Assembly (NCBI RefSeq): GCF_018977255.1
Contig: NW_024704742.1
Location: forward strand, 71,860,001-71,924,000
DNA: 64,000 nt
DNA from: Callorhinchus milii
Taxonomy: Eukaryota
Direction of reading: 5' to 3'
Both the position numbers and the translations under genes were made by a program. How positions within the stretch are numbered: position 1 is the first letter of the stretch; every line of letters starts with the position of its first letter. This document shows, one piece after another, positions 36,061-50,404 of the stretch. The notes below the pieces were generated by a model. The model made no database searches and was not told the origin of the DNA. It saw only the letters and a list, made by a program, of their open reading frames with translations.

Positions 36061-36919
36061 TAGGGAGAGACAGAATATAGTGTGCAGCGTTCTGGGACAC
36101 GAGTGTGCAGGTCTGCTGTCAGGTGCACTTGGGCATTAACACTGGCCTCAGCAACCGTTTGTTTATTGTGTTAAGTCTTGTTAGATACACAACGGGTTTT
36201 TCGTCCCTGGAGGGAGACACCTGGTGGCCCCAGCCCTGAGGGGGGTGCGGGGAGATTGTGTTACCCACAGCGACGCACAAGGAATTCTCTCCATAAAATC
36301 ACAGCTCAAGCAGGAGCCTGAGACAGAGAGAGCCATGACCATTCACATCCTCTCACTGGCCGTCCACACTCCCAGGTCAGTGACAGAGCAAAGCATTGTA
36401 CCAGCTCATTTTACTGTATCTTGACGGGGAAAAGAAAGAGGAAGCAGTAAATAGTGTCAGTCCCTGGGTAAGGGCCAAGTTCTCTAGAGTGGAAGGGAGT
36501 GTTCCAGACCACTGCACCCCCACAGGCCCCCCACGAACTCTCCAGTCACCGAGTTCCCCCACCCAAATCCATCTCACCATTCAAAGGGCCACTCTGTTAA
36601 TTGTTCAGCGATGTGCTTAGACTGTAGCCAAGGTAAACAAGCCTCTACTCTCTCAAGTGTCTTGTTAAGGTGACTAAAACTCCAGTCACTCCATACTGTC
36701 ACTGGACAGATTAGTCACTCCGTGGATCCATCCCACCAGAGCTCGCTAATCCCATTTCCTGCTCTCTCCCCATCGTGTCTGTGCTGGTGCTCACTACCCC
36801 ATTGGAGCTCTCTAATCCCATTCCCTGCCCTGTCGCATTTAAATCGTTTTCTTTAAATTCTTATCCAAATACCTTTTTATGTGGATTTTTTTTTCTGGAC
36901 AATGGAGAAATTCTGTTCT

Positions 36920-39900
36920 GTGTCCCCTAGCCCCCGCCATGCCTGCGGGCTGATGATCGCTCTGCTAAGAGCATTTGGCTGCTGCCCCTCACCTGAGCCA
37001 CCCCCTCCCAAAATGCCCCACTCCTACACCCCATTCTTCAGCACTCCCACTCCATCCTTCTCTCCTCCTGCCCACCCCATCTTCTTTTCCTCCTGGACCC
37101 TCCAACACCCTCCCTCTGCTCCAGCCTTGCCATCCTCCATCGGCCTCACCGCAGCACTCAGCGATAGTTGTCTCAGAGCAGCCACCTCAACTGCCCATCC
37201 CCCTCTACTCAGTTAGGCCTGCCTCCCCCCCTCCATCAGGTAAATCCCCTTCTCGCATCCACGTCCTTTCCAATTTCCCCCTCATACTCGACAGTGGTTG
37301 CCCCCAGAATCTACAACCTCCCCCACCTGTGCCTCCACTTGCATTGGCTTCCAAAATTATCTCTCCCTCTTAAGTAAAGCTCTTACTATCCTCAATCTCA
37401 TCCTGGATGAGCAATTACACATCCTCGAGCTCACGGAAACCTGGCTCTCCCCCAGTGATCTCATCCCCCTCGTCGAAGCCACCCCACCTGGTTACGCTTC
37501 TCACCACACCCCTGCCCCAACCAACACAGCGGCGGAGTGGCCCTCATCTCCAAAATCTCCCTTAGTCTATCCCCCTATTCTGGCTGTCCCTTTTAATGAG
37601 CACTCACCCTCTACCTCACCCTCTCTCTCATTCAAATTTTTCCTAGTTTACTGCCCCCCCCAAAACCTCCTGGATGCTTCCTTGTGGATATCTCCCTCTG
37701 CACAAAATAATGGGCAATTTCAAACTTCATCTCAATTCCTCCTGTCCCATCTCTTCTGACTTTGCCACCCTTCTCTCCTCCCTATACGTCACCCACCACG
37801 TAACCTCCCTGACCCATAACCGTGGGCACCCCCTTGACCTTGTCAGCACCCATGGCCTTGACATCTCTGATGTCACCATCAAAGATAAGGCCATCTCAAA
37901 CCACTTGCTCATCTCCCTTTCCTTTCCTATCACCTCCCCTCTACCATCTTTTTCTGCTCACTTCCCCCTGACTCAACAACCCCAACGCAACAACAACTTG
38001 CATTCATATAGTGCCCTCCACACTGTGTGGCATCTCAGAGCGCTTAGCAATGGCGGACCCAAAGGCCAAGACGGGGAGGGGGAAGGTGACCGTATGTGCG
38101 ATTGAAGAGGAAGGTCTTCAGGTGCGGCCTGAAGATGGGGAAGGAAGGGGTGAGGCGAAAGGGTTGAGGGAGGGAGTTCCAAAGTTTCGGGACATAGTGG
38201 CTGAAGGCACGGCCATCGATGGTGGAGCGGAGGAGTCGGTGGACATGGAAGAGGCTGGACCCAATAGAGCGGAGGTAGCTGGTACTGCTATGGGGAGAGA
38301 AGAGGTTGGAGAGATAGGGGGGTGCAAAGGAATGGAGGGATTTAAACACTAAAGTGAGGATCTTGAAGTCGATCCGGTCTCTGACAGTAGAGTTTGGCAA
38401 GGACTGGAGGAATCAGTGTACGAAGTTTGGTGCGGGTGAGAATGCGAGCGATGGAGTTTTGAATGAGCTGAATTTATGAATAGTGGAGGAGGGGAGACCG
38501 GTGAGGAGGGTGTCCAACCGAGAGGTGACAAAGCCATGGACAAGGGTTTCGGCAGCTTTTGGGGAGGAGACGGGCAATAGGCAGAAGTGGAAGAAAGCGG
38601 TGCTGGTCAGGGACCGGATGTGGGGGAGAAAAAATAATTGGGGATGGAACCTGACGTCTAAGTTGCACACGGGTTCGGAGAGTTTTAAGGACAGGTCGGG
38701 TAGGTTGAGGATGTTGGAACCGTGGGACAGAAGACATCGACGGGAGCCAAAGACAAATGGCCTCTCATCCTTGGACCTTCTCTACCTCTGCACTTCCACC
38801 CATAGTGATCCAGACGCAGCTGTCAAGCTGCTAAACGATCACCTCCTCAACCTTCAATTCCTTTGTTCCCCGAAAACCAGGTCCATCTCCAAGCCTACCC
38901 GCTTCCTCTGGTCCAACAGTCATCTCCGCTCCCTCAAATCCCAAACCAAGTCGCTTGAGCGCAGGTGGCACAAAACTGGCCCCGCAGTTCACTGCCAACT
39001 GTGGCTCCAGCATCTTCATACCTACATCCACTCCCTCTCTCAAACCCAAACCATTTTATACTCACAGGACATTCTCAAGGCCAAAAACAACCCCAAAATC
39101 CTGTTCTCCATGACCCAACACCTCCTCCAAGACCCCTCTCAAGCACCCATCTCTCCTTCCTCCCTATCCCCTACCATCACACCGGTGAAGCCCACCACCT
39201 GCTGCCTTGACTCCCTTCCCATCCAGTTTCTGGTTACTCAAATCCCCTTCCTCTGCTCACTACTCGCTGATACAATTAACCAGTCTTTCTCCTCAGGCTC
39301 TGGCCCACACCCCCTCAAAACCACTGTCATCACTTCTCTCCTTAAAAAACCTACCCTCAATCCCTCCAACCTCACAAACTTCAGACCCATCTCAAACCTG
39401 CCCTTCCTGGACAAAGTTTTGGAACGCATCATTGCAAATCAACTTGGCTCACACCTCTCCATCACGCCCTGCTCGAACCCCTCCATTCCGGTTTTCACCT
39501 TGCCCACAGCACAGAGACAGTGCTCATCAAAGTAACAAATTACTTCCTCTCTCTCTCTCTCTCTGTGACAAGGGCTCCCTCTGTCTCCTCGTTCTCCTGG
39601 ACCTCTCCCCTGCGTTCAACACAGTTGATCACCCCATCCTCCTTCACTGTTTCTCCTCCCTCATCCACCTTAGTGGGACCGCACTCGCATGGTTCGAGCC
39701 CTACTTAAAAAACTGCCAACAATACATCTCGGCAAATGATTTTTCCTTCTGCCACCGCCCAGTCACCTACAGGATATTCCAAGGCTCCATCCTTTGCCCC
39801 CTTCTGTTCCTCATCTACGTGTGCTCCCTCTCGGTGATGTCATCCGCAGACACGGGGTCAACTTGTTTTCAAATCTATTCATGCCCTCGCACCTCCCTAC

Positions 39901-40583
39901 TTATCCTATCTGCTTTCCCCCAATTCCACCACCCACTGCCTCCACTTGGGCGGCTCCGGTCTCCTGTTTGTCCCTTGTCCCCTCTGCCCCACCATTGGTG
40001 GCCAAGCCATCAGCCACTACAACAACAACAACAACTTGGATTTAAAAAACGCCCTCCACACCGGACGGCGTCTCAGAGTGCTTCACAGTAACTGATCCGG
40101 GGCCGAGCCAGGGGGAGGGGGAGGAAGGTAACCAAAGGCGCGTTTGAAAAGAAAGGTCTTCAGCCGAAACCTGAAAATAGGAAGAGAGGGGGTGAAGCGA
40201 AGGGAGTGAGGAAGGCAGTTCCAGAGCCTCGGGGCATAGTGGCTGAAAGCACAGCCGCCGAGGGTGGAGTGGAGGACTCTGGGGACAAGAAGCAGGCCAG
40301 ACCCGGTGGAATGAAGGCAACGGGCACTGTTATGAGGATACAGGAGGACAGAGAGGTAGGGGGGCACTATGCCCCGAAACTTTAAAATTCTCTCCTTCAA
40401 TCCCTCTGCCTTGCCTCCCCACTCCTCACCTTCAAATCCAGACTGAAGACCATCCTTTTTGATCGTGCTTACAGTCATCTCCCCCCTGCCTCTCCCCGGC
40501 TTGTTGTCAGACTCTGCCATTCTCAAACGCTCTGGGACGCTACCCTGCGTGAAGGGCGCTGTATAAATGCAAGTTATTGTTGT
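36920..40583. mobile_element. Nested L2 cluster: a long + strand L2 (endonuclease 37340-37930, RT 38755-39860, tail ~40583) interrupted by - strand L2 fragments (37975-38750, 40020-40375)
   Basis: Motifs LELTETWL, GHPLDLV and NFRPISNLPFLDKVLE on +, with opposing (CAA)n tails. Confidence 0.85.
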
Positions 40584-43500
40584 CTTACATTTCGGGAAAC
40601 ACATCAGGAAAAGTTTAAAGGGTTAGTAACAAGACCACAGTTACATTACTTGTCTTTTTTTAGGCGGTCTGTAACCTCCCTGCTGGACATAGAGATGAGG
40701 GGCTGTGACTATGATGGCTGGAATGTAGAGCAGGTTAATGTGAATTTGACCTTTCACACCTGGATTAGGTATTGAGTGTCTCTGAGAGAGAATTTGAAAA
40801 CAAATCAACTATTTTTTTTCTCTCCTATCCTGCCCTCCCCTCTCCTCCCATTCTCTGCACCACGATGTGTGTTGGGATAACTGCTGGAGTCTAACCAGCT
40901 AAAACAGCATAGCCTGCCATTGAGAGCACTGTCTGACAAGCTTTCCTGTTGCTTGTCCAGCTGGGACCACCCTACCCATTAGGGCTTTGGCTTGCAGGGT
41001 TAACAGGATCTGAGTAGGAGGATTCCCTGCCCCCAGTGACTGGTCTACCCTTTCAAATCCTTCTGATGAGCCAGGCTGGGCTGTGCTGTCATCAGCAGTG
41101 CCCTGGAATACTACAGACCATCGAGATGCCACGTTGTCAAACATGTCACCTTGGAGCCAGTTCTCCGCTTACCTCCACTCCACGATGAACTGTCATATAT
41201 TGGTCATTCGACTTCCGACAAGCGTGGGTTTGCGCCCTCACTAGGTGGATGCTGCCTGCGAGCTTCCTGGTGGGCTGAGTGGGAAGAGTCCCTCCCCCAG
41301 TGCCTGGTCTGGTGCTCCCTCCGCACCACCATTGTTGGAGGCCAAGCTTTCAGCTTCCCCAACTTTAAACTGTGGAACCCCCTCCTTTGACCAGTCCCCC
41401 TCGCCCCTCCGCCTCACCCCCTCTATATCTTTAAATCCCACCTCTTCAACCATGTTTATGGTCGCCTCCCCTCCATCTTCTCCCATTCTCTGTGTCTGAC
41501 CTACCACTGTGCAGGGCTTTGAGGCGCTATCCTGTGTGACGAGCGCTATGTAAATGCTAGTTAGCAATGCTGAGTGGCTGTGAAGCATTTGTCTTATGGT
41601 GGTTGTTGTGCTTATAATAATAAATATCTGTACATTTGATACAGCGACTTATCTGAGATGTGAGATGTCTCAATACTGTTGATAGGATTTACTGTAAAGT
41701 TTAGTGACTGTATATTTTGTAAGTAATTGTAGCAGCCAGTTTGCACACAGCAATGTCCCTCAAACAGCCATGAAGTGAGTGAACAATTTTATCTAGGTGA
41801 TTGTCGATCTCTCTCTCACACACTCTCTCCCCTGCTCTCCTCCCTTTTCTCTCCCCGGCTCTCTTGCCCCCTCCCCCGCGCTCTCCCCTCTCTCTCGCGT
41901 TCGGTCTCTCCGCCCACTCTTCTCTCCCGCTCTGCCCCACTTTCTCACCGCCTACTTGCTCCTTCCCCCGCTCTTGTTTTGAGAATAATTACAAGTTAGA
42001 GAGTTAGAGGACTCGCACCATCTCCTTTGGTTTAGTCTCTCATTAACTAAAACTCCTCAGCTGTCAGTAACCCATACCTGACCCCAACCGCACATACACA
42101 AACCAACACCACTGTAATTCCAGTCCCTGCTCTCTCCCCATCGTATCTGTGCTCCCAACTGTCTGGATTTCGAGTGAAGTGCTCAGGTGGGGAAGCGAAC
42201 ACCAGCACAGACACGATGGAGAGAGAGCAGGGAATGGGATTAGGCTAGAGAGCTCCAGTGGGGGAGCAATTGGTTGAATGGCCACCTCCTGTGCTGCAGG
42301 CTTTCTATGAATGAATGAGTGGCAGACAGGTGTGGTGGGGGGGGCGGTGTTGGGGGGGATCGAGATGCTATCGCTAATGAAGGCAGGGAGCAAGAGTATC
42401 CTCTGCACTCTCTGTGGAGCTGCCCTCAATCTCGGCCTCTTTTCATCTTTGCCTGATTCAGTCTTTAGCTGGTTAATGTTCTGTGTTAATGATCTCTCAG
42501 CTATTCTGTTCTCTCCGCTGCCAGTCCGCTGTGCTGTGTGGCAGCAGTGAAGCTACTGCTTTATTAACTCCTTCAGCACTTTGGGACGTCCTCCCGACGT
42601 GAATGGCGCTCTATAAATGTAATTTTGTTGTTGTTGTTCAGTGCCGACAGGGCAGCTTCCGCTTGGGCGGTGGTGTCAGCTAGGTGAGATGCTGACCTTT
42701 CACGTCTGGGACCGGGCGGACATCAGCAAACCTTTCACCTCTGATATGTTGCATTATTCTAAGATATTATAGAACCACAGAATGTTCCGGCACAGAAACC
42801 GTCCATCCAGCCAGTCCAGTCCACCCTGGTGTTTGTCTCCACATGAGCCACCAGGTCTATAACCCCCCTGCTTGCTCTCTCACTCCCACACACACTCTCT
42901 TTTGCTCTCTATCTTACTCTCTCACACACACTCACTCTCTCCTCCACACACACACTTGCTCTCTTTCCCTCAAACTCGCTTCCTGTCTGTCTATCTATCT
43001 CCATGACCCAGCTCTCTTCCCATTCAGTTTCTGTTCACCCTGCAAACCAAAGCCCTAATGGGTAAGATTGTCCTAGTTGGACAAGCAGCGGGAAAGCTTG
43101 CCAGACAGTGCTTTCAATGGCAAGCTATGTGGTTTTAGCTAGTTAGACTCCAGCAGTTACCCAAACGCAAACTCTGGCTCTTGCCAACCTGCGCCTAACA
43201 CTCTCCAGGATTAGGTAAACAGGATGTGTCCCTCCAGTAAGAGAGAGAGAGTGCACATTCCATTCCAGACACAGGGAAATTTCCCCAGTTGTAGGTGGCA
43301 TACACATGTGGAACTAAGTCTGATTTGGATACCTTAAGCACAGTGAAAGATTTCCGTGTGTGTCAGACACTTGGTTGATCAGACTGATGGGTGTCCGCGT
43401 GTGTCAGACACCTGGCTGATCACGGTAATGGGTTTCTGCATGTGTCAAACACCTGGATAAAAAAACACAAATCCAGCATCAAATCTGTACACGCAGTCAA

Positions 43501-44107
43501 CAGCTGATACGGGGTAACTAGGAGGGTAATAGAGGCCAGAACCCTGGGATCGTTTAACTAACAGCTGGACACTGTGATGGGAGGTCGGTCGGGCAGAGAT
43601 TGTGAGAGGATGAAATCAGAAGCGCCGAAATGTCTCCTTCCCCCAACCTCTAGTGTGACCAGGACTGGAGCTGTCCGAACAACCGAACTCTTAAAACTTC
43701 AGAATTTTCAATTTTTCTGCATTTCTTAATGAAAGCCAAACCTTTCAGATAAAGAGGGAAATTTCCACAATAATTCAATGCTAAATTGTAAGACCAAATG
43801 GCCTTGCGGGCTTACAGCGCAGATAACAGTGGAGCTGTGTTACAATGACTGCCATTTTATGCGATTTATTTATTTATTTCGAAAGCTTTAATTGATCAGT
43901 TTCCCACAAAAACAAAATGGCTGACTTCTGGGTCATCAGTTCGCTGCGATGTCACTTCCTGTGCTCTGTGCAAAGCCGGAAGTTACATCATCAGTGACCT
44001 GATTACCACGGATGTCGGACATTTTAGCAGGAGAGGGCGTTATAAACAAATTCATGCTATATGTTATAGTGCGGCGGAGGTGTCGTGGGGGGGAGACCAC
44101 ATGATAT

Positions 44108-44895
44108 CAACAAGAACAAATTACATTTGTTTAGCGCCTTTCACATCAGGAGGACGTCTCAAAGCACTGGACAGTCAGGATCCGCACCCGAGCTGGTGGT
44201 CGGGATCAGGAGGGTTGGAGAGTGGGGAGGGGTAGGGGTAGGAGGGAGACCGAAGGTCAAAGGGGAGGGTCTTGAGACGAGCCTTGAAGAAGGCAAGGGA
44301 GGGCCGAGGAGGAGGGACTGTCGGATGGAGTTCCAGAGGGTGGGGGCAGAGAGACTGAAGGCCCACCCGCAATGGTGGGGCTGGCGAGGTGATGGACGTG
44401 AAGCAGCCTGGAGCCCATTGAGCGGAGGGAGTGGATGGTAGGGGGTTAGGAAGTCACAGAGGTCGGGGGATTGAGGGCAAAGAGGGTTTTGAAAGTGAGG
44501 ACCAGGATCTTGAACTGTATCGTCTGAGGGATGGGGAACCAGTGAACTCGGGCGAGGATGGGTGATAAGGTCTGGTTGGGAGAGTTCTGGATGATCTGCA
44601 GCCGGTGGAGGGAGGAGTTGGGGAGGCCGACAAACAGGGAGTTTGCATAGTGGAGCTTGGATGTGATGTGTGGATGAGGGTCTTGGCGGCCTGGGGTGAA
44701 TGACGGGAGCCGGCCAATGTTGCGGAGGTGGGGAAAGGCAGAGCTGGTCATGGCATGGATGTGGGGGATGAAGGACTGTTGAGGGTCGAGCAGGATGCTG
44801 AGGTTCCGTATTGGCTCTGTGAGGTGTAGACTGCATCCATGAAGGGTGAGGCTGTCAGAGCCCGAGGTATGGAGTCGCTGACTGGAGCCAAGCAG
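44108..44895 (-). mobile_element. L2 LINE 3' fragment just beyond the Emx1 3' region
   Basis: Encodes SKLHYANSLFVGLP...IQFKILVLTFK, with an L2 tail. Confidence 0.87.
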
Positions 44896-45496
44896 GTATC
44901 AGGTGATTGTTGCAGGAAATGTCAAAGAAATATATATATAAAAAAAGGTTATTTTAAGCTTTTTTAATATAATATAATATATATTTATATATATATATAA
45001 TGTGCCGCTGACAACCCGGCGATAACATGGATCAGGTCTCTGACCCGGTCAGTGAAGTGCATTCAGTCTCCAGAGTCTGTCCTCACACAGGAGGAGCTGG
45101 GGCTGGCACTCATTATAACGTCCAACTCGGTGTGAGTGAGGGTGTGTGAAAGGGTTTGTGGGTTGTGTGTGCGTGTGTGTGTGTTCAGCGCTTTAGTCCT
45201 CCTGACGTGAAAGGCGCTATACAGATGTAATGTGTTGTGTTTGTGTGCACGTGTCTGTGTTTGCATGTGAGTGTGTGATTCTTTGTATGTAGGTGTGGCG
45301 TACTTGTGTGTGGGTGTGTGTGAGTTTGTGGGTGTGTGTGTTCAGGTGTAGTATACGTGTGTGTGAGTTTGTGTGAGTGTTTGTGCGTGGGTGTGGTGTA
45401 CAGGTGGTGTGTCGCTATAACATCCCGGCGTTTGCCAGCACACGCATGTGCGCGGTGCAGCTTGCGTGCTGTGGGTTGGCGTACAGTCCTGGGGGC

Positions 45497-45664
45497 TCAG
45501 TCCTCAGAAGTGACGTCCACCTCCTGTGGGCTGGGCTGGCGTGTGGCCAGACGCCAGCGGTTAATGTGGTGCGATCCCTTCCTCTTCGGCCCGCACTCTG
45601 GACCCTCCTCCTCCAGCTTCTGACGCTTGTATTTAGTCCTGCGGTTCTGAAACCACACCTTCAC
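45497..45664 (-). CDS. EMX1: Emx1 exon 3 ([55 protein letters not shown])
   Basis: ttgcag acceptor on -. Encodes homeodomain helix 3 WFQNRR and the Emx C-terminal tail; RTKYK is typical of Emx1. Missed by the ORF track. Confidence 0.96.
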   Translation of the reverse strand: MKVWFQNRRTKYKRQKLEEEGPECGPKRKGSHHINRWRLATRQPSPQEVDVTSED

Positions 45665-48600
45665 CTGCAACACAGCCAGAACGTCAGCTCAACAGCTAAT
45701 AATAATATAATAACAATAATAATCATCCTTTATTTGATATAGAGCCTTATCAAGTTATTACTTACTGCTGGATAACCAGAAATGTGTGGAGTAAGGAAAC
45801 TTGCCTGAGGTTTTGCCTGGGAATCAAACTTGGGTCCTCTTGCTTGTGTGGCAAGCCCTCTAACCACTACACTACATGACTCCAGGCTAACGTCACTGGC
45901 TAATAATAATAATAATAATAATAATGCTTGCATTTGATAGAGTGCCTTATCACGTTGTTGAGCCGTCTCAAAGCGCTTCAACAACAAAAACAACAACTTG
46001 CATTTATATAGAGCCCTTCGCGTGGGGTAGCGTCCCGGAGCACTTGACAGAATTTACTAGCGCACCAATCACTACACTACAGGACTCCATGCTACCGGTT
46101 AATGTTACTGGTTAATGTTACTATCCAGTGCTAGTGGTTAATGTTATTGGCTAATATTACCCACTCACATTGGCAAGGTCACAAGCTGGGTTTGGATGAA
46201 GAAGCATCTGGCTGATCTCATGCCTCCAGAACACTCACCCAACCGCCCTCCAGCACCACAGCATCAAGCTGCTTTTTAGATGAGGCTTCAACCCTGCCCC
46301 CGATTCCTGGTAACCCAGTCGTTAATTACCCTCTGGGTAAAGAAATATTTCCCGGTGTCTGTCCTGAAATTGCCTGTTTACATCTCTAAACCTCTTGTCC
46401 CTGTGTCTTTTGAATCCTATTTAAAATGTTGAAAAGGTCCCCTCTGAGAAAACATTTTTCATACTTCAAAATATCAGCTCATAGCTATATTTTATAATTG
46501 TTCATATTTATGCTGATGTAATCGGGTGTGATTGACAGGTTTTTTTTATAAATGGTAAGTTGATATTTATGACTATTCATAGTGTACAGCTTGAGACAGT
46601 TTGTCTTACAGAATTTAAATAAATAAACAAACAAGTAAATGTCTAAGTACACTAATTAATTAATTAATTAATTAATAACTGACTAAATAGATCTAGTATA
46701 AATAGATCTGAATAAATCCTTGTATTTCATATAGCATCTTATCAAGTTGTTGAGACTTCTCAAAGTATTTCACAGGATTTACTGTTATATACTCTGAATT
46801 TCACTGGTAAAACGCAGCAGCCAGTTTGCACACAGCATGTCCCACAAACAGTCATAAGATGAATGACTGATTGTATCTGGGGATTGTTGGCCAGGACACC
46901 AGGAGAGAGAAACTCCCTTCTCTTTTCCAATAGCACCGCGGGATCTTTAACATCCACCTGAACAGGGCACAAACGGAAGCTTGGTTTAATGTCTCATCAG
47001 AAGGAAGGCATCTCTGACATTGTATGATCAGATTGTAAGATGAAAGTCCCCAACATGGGGCAAGGTTTTGTTTTGTTCAATAACAATTTAATTAGTTATT
47101 ACATTTAATTAATTAAATACATTTATTACGAATAGGTAAAAACAACCTCTCTTACTTCTCTGTGTTTTCAGCACATACTTTCGCCCGCAAAATATACAGT
47201 CAATTCACTTTACAGTATATTCTGTGAAGCACTTTGAGACATCTCGAAGATGTGTTAAGGCGCTATATCAAATATTATAATAATAATAATCCTTGCATTT
47301 GATATACCGCCTTATCACGTCTTTGAGTCATCTTAAAAGTGCTTCACAGGAGACCTTTTCCAAAGTGATGTGTAAATGTATGTTGTTACTGTGTTTGTAA
47401 AGCACATTTCATGTAAACTTGCCCTAATATTACACCAAGATCACAGTGTTAATAAACTGAGACATTGTGGAGCTGGTGAGCTGGATCACTATGTCATAAA
47501 CAGTTAGTAATTCCCACATCTGGTCTTGTGTTTAATAATAACACTATCGCCACTGTAACTGTTGGAGGTCAAAGTCCAAAAGAGACTGAACTGCAGTTAC
47601 CAGAACCTTTTGTGTGTTACAAACGTATCAAAGAGTTGCACCAAATCAAAGTGAAAAAATAATTTGGTCACTCAATCCACAGCTGTTTGTGGGACACTGT
47701 TGTGTGCAATTGGCTGCCGTGTTTCGCCCACAAAATACAGTCAATCCACTTTACAGTATATTCTGTGAAGCGCTTGGGATGTCTTGAAGACGTCAAATAT
47801 ATATCAAATACAAGGATTATTATTATCAGAAAGGGCGCAATTACTGTCACGGAGATGAACACGACAGCTAATCTGCACCGGGATGTCCCGTGCACAGCTG
47901 GGAGGGCAGCGGCCAAGATTTTGGGAGTGAATTTCGGATGGAAGAGAAAGTGCAAGACAAACTGGAGGATAAGTCTTGATAAACAAAGCTAAAACACTCC
48001 CTTCACCTCCACTCGGGCAGAGACGGACAAGACCTGAAAATAATAATCCTTGCATTTGATATAGCGTCTTATCACATCATTGAGACGTCTCAAAGCGCTT
48101 CACAGGATATACTGTAAATTCAATTGAATGTATGATTTGTGGGTGAAACGCAGCACAGCAGTGTCCCACAAACAATCATGGATTGAGTGACCACATTAGT
48201 TTTTTTTGTTGGGAGAGATTATTACCCCCGGAAAGCAATCCACCAATCGACTAACAACCGGGTTCCGACTTAATACAAATAATAATAGTCCTTCCATTTG
48301 ATATAGAGCCTTATCATGTCTCGGAGACGTCTCAAAGCCTTCACAGAATATACTGTAAATTTGTCTACGGTTTCGCCCTAACGGGAATCAAAACCAGGTC
48401 CTCTTGCTTTCGGGGCGAATGCTCTAACCACACACACACACACACACACACTGGTATCTTAGCAACCTCTACCTCCTTCAACTGCAACAGAGCAGTTTAA
48501 CACTTTCAGATCAGGAGGGGTTTGAGCGAAGGGAGAAGTGATTTTCACTGGTGGGCGAGTCAGTGATTGCAGTTTAAAGTGATCATCAGACGACAAAGAG

Positions 48601-50019
48601 CAACTTAGAGAAATCATTACCCACACACACTGGGGTTCAATCTGCCACAGCCTCGTTCACACCAGGAGCACGTCTCAAAGAGCTTTCGCGTTTCACCCAC
48701 AAAATACACAGTCACTCCACTTTACAATGAATCCCGTATGTCTCAACGACAAAATAATAATAATCCTTGCATATAAAGTAAATTGACTGCATATGTTGTG
48801 GGCGATACATAAGACATAAGGCGCTATATCAAATACAGGGATTATTATTACTATATCCCGTGACCGTGTGTTTTGTAGGTGTACGTCAATTCGCACACAG
48901 TGACCAATGCAGTAAATAACATTAAAGTAAAGGGCATTTATTTTAATTAAAAAAAACACTTAATTAATCCATTTTAATTTAAACCACTTAAACCAGCCCA
49001 GAGGCAATAAGTCACCTCTTCATTTTCTTGTGTGAGACATAGCTTGGGTTGGAAGTGTGGGACACTGGAGGGGTTGTTCAACTAATTATTATTTGTGAAA
49101 CGGTTTAAAAATTAATAACAATAATAATAATCCATGCATTTGATATAGTGCCTTATTACATTGTTTAAAAGTCTCAATGTGCTTCACAGAATATACTGCA
49201 AAGTGAATTGACTGTATATTTTGTGGGCGAAACGTGGCAGCCAATATCGCACAGCAGTGTCCGACAAACAGTCTGGATTGAATGACCAATTTTTTTAAAT
49301 TGTAGACTTTTTTTTAATCTCTTTTTTAACTGTAAGATTCTCAGAATTTTAAAGAATGAAAAAAATCATTGCTGATGTGAAAGCCAGCCTGAAGTTCAAA
49401 CCAAACCAAGAAACATTTCAAAATCTCCAAACAAAACAAATCTGGGTTTGGGTTGAATTTCAGGCTGTGTGAATGTGAGGCACCTATTTTATAGGTTGAT
49501 TTTGTGACTTTTTATCTAAAGGGCTGCGTGTGTGTGTGAGAGAGAGAGCGAGAGAGTGAGGCAGAGGGACCCTGTATGTGTATTGCACGGATACTACAAC
49601 AAATTACATTTGTATAGCATCTTTCAAATCAGGAAAATATTAATACTATGTTAATACTATATATAATATATAATACAAATATAATATATAGATAGGAATA
49701 ATATTTATATTTTAATATATACATTTATTGTAAAATGTTAAAATATAAATAGATATCAAATGGAAAGATACACTAGTAATCTTTACATCTGTCAAGTTAT
49801 GATATGATTTTAAACGTAAGTTCTCGCTTTTCTACCCCCTCTTATTTTACTTTAAAAGTATCCAAAGTGAGTGTCTGCTGCTCACACAGCTCTGCCTGGC
49901 CTGCACTTAGCATTTCCCAATGTCAGACAAACACTCAGCCAGGGACATAAAGGGGGCAGCAGGGGGAGAGAGACACAGAGTCAGAGAATTAAACTGTCCT
50001 CGGCCCTGGGTGATATAAA

Positions 50020-50332
50020 TAATAATAATAATAATCCTTGCATTTGATATAGCGCTTTTCACGTCTTCTCGAAGTCTCAAAGCGCTTCACAGAATATACT
50101 GTAAAGTGAATTGACTATATTTGTGGGCGAACGCGGCAGCTAATTGCGCACAGCAATGTCCCACAAACAGTCGTGGATTGAAAATGACCAATTTATTATT
50201 GCTTTGTTTTGGAGGGATTATTATTAGGTGTGTGGAGTAAGGAAACTTGCCCAAGGTTTTGCCCTGCCTGGAATTGAACCCAGGTGTCTCGCGTGCAAGG
50301 CAAGTGCTCTAACCACTGAGCTACAGGACTCC
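50020..50332 (-). mobile_element. SINE family A with an internal deletion
   Basis: Head and tail intact; part of the body is missing. Confidence 0.85.
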
Positions 50333-50404
50333 TCAAATATACAGGGATCACAGCAGGACAGCTCTCTCTGCTCTCTGACACAGTGAATTATAAGCAAATT
50401 GGCA

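Noticed and set aside
38483..39535. 350-aa ORF as a novel gene
   Set aside because: It is a chance fusion of antisense L2 sequence with a sense L2 ORF2 fragment.
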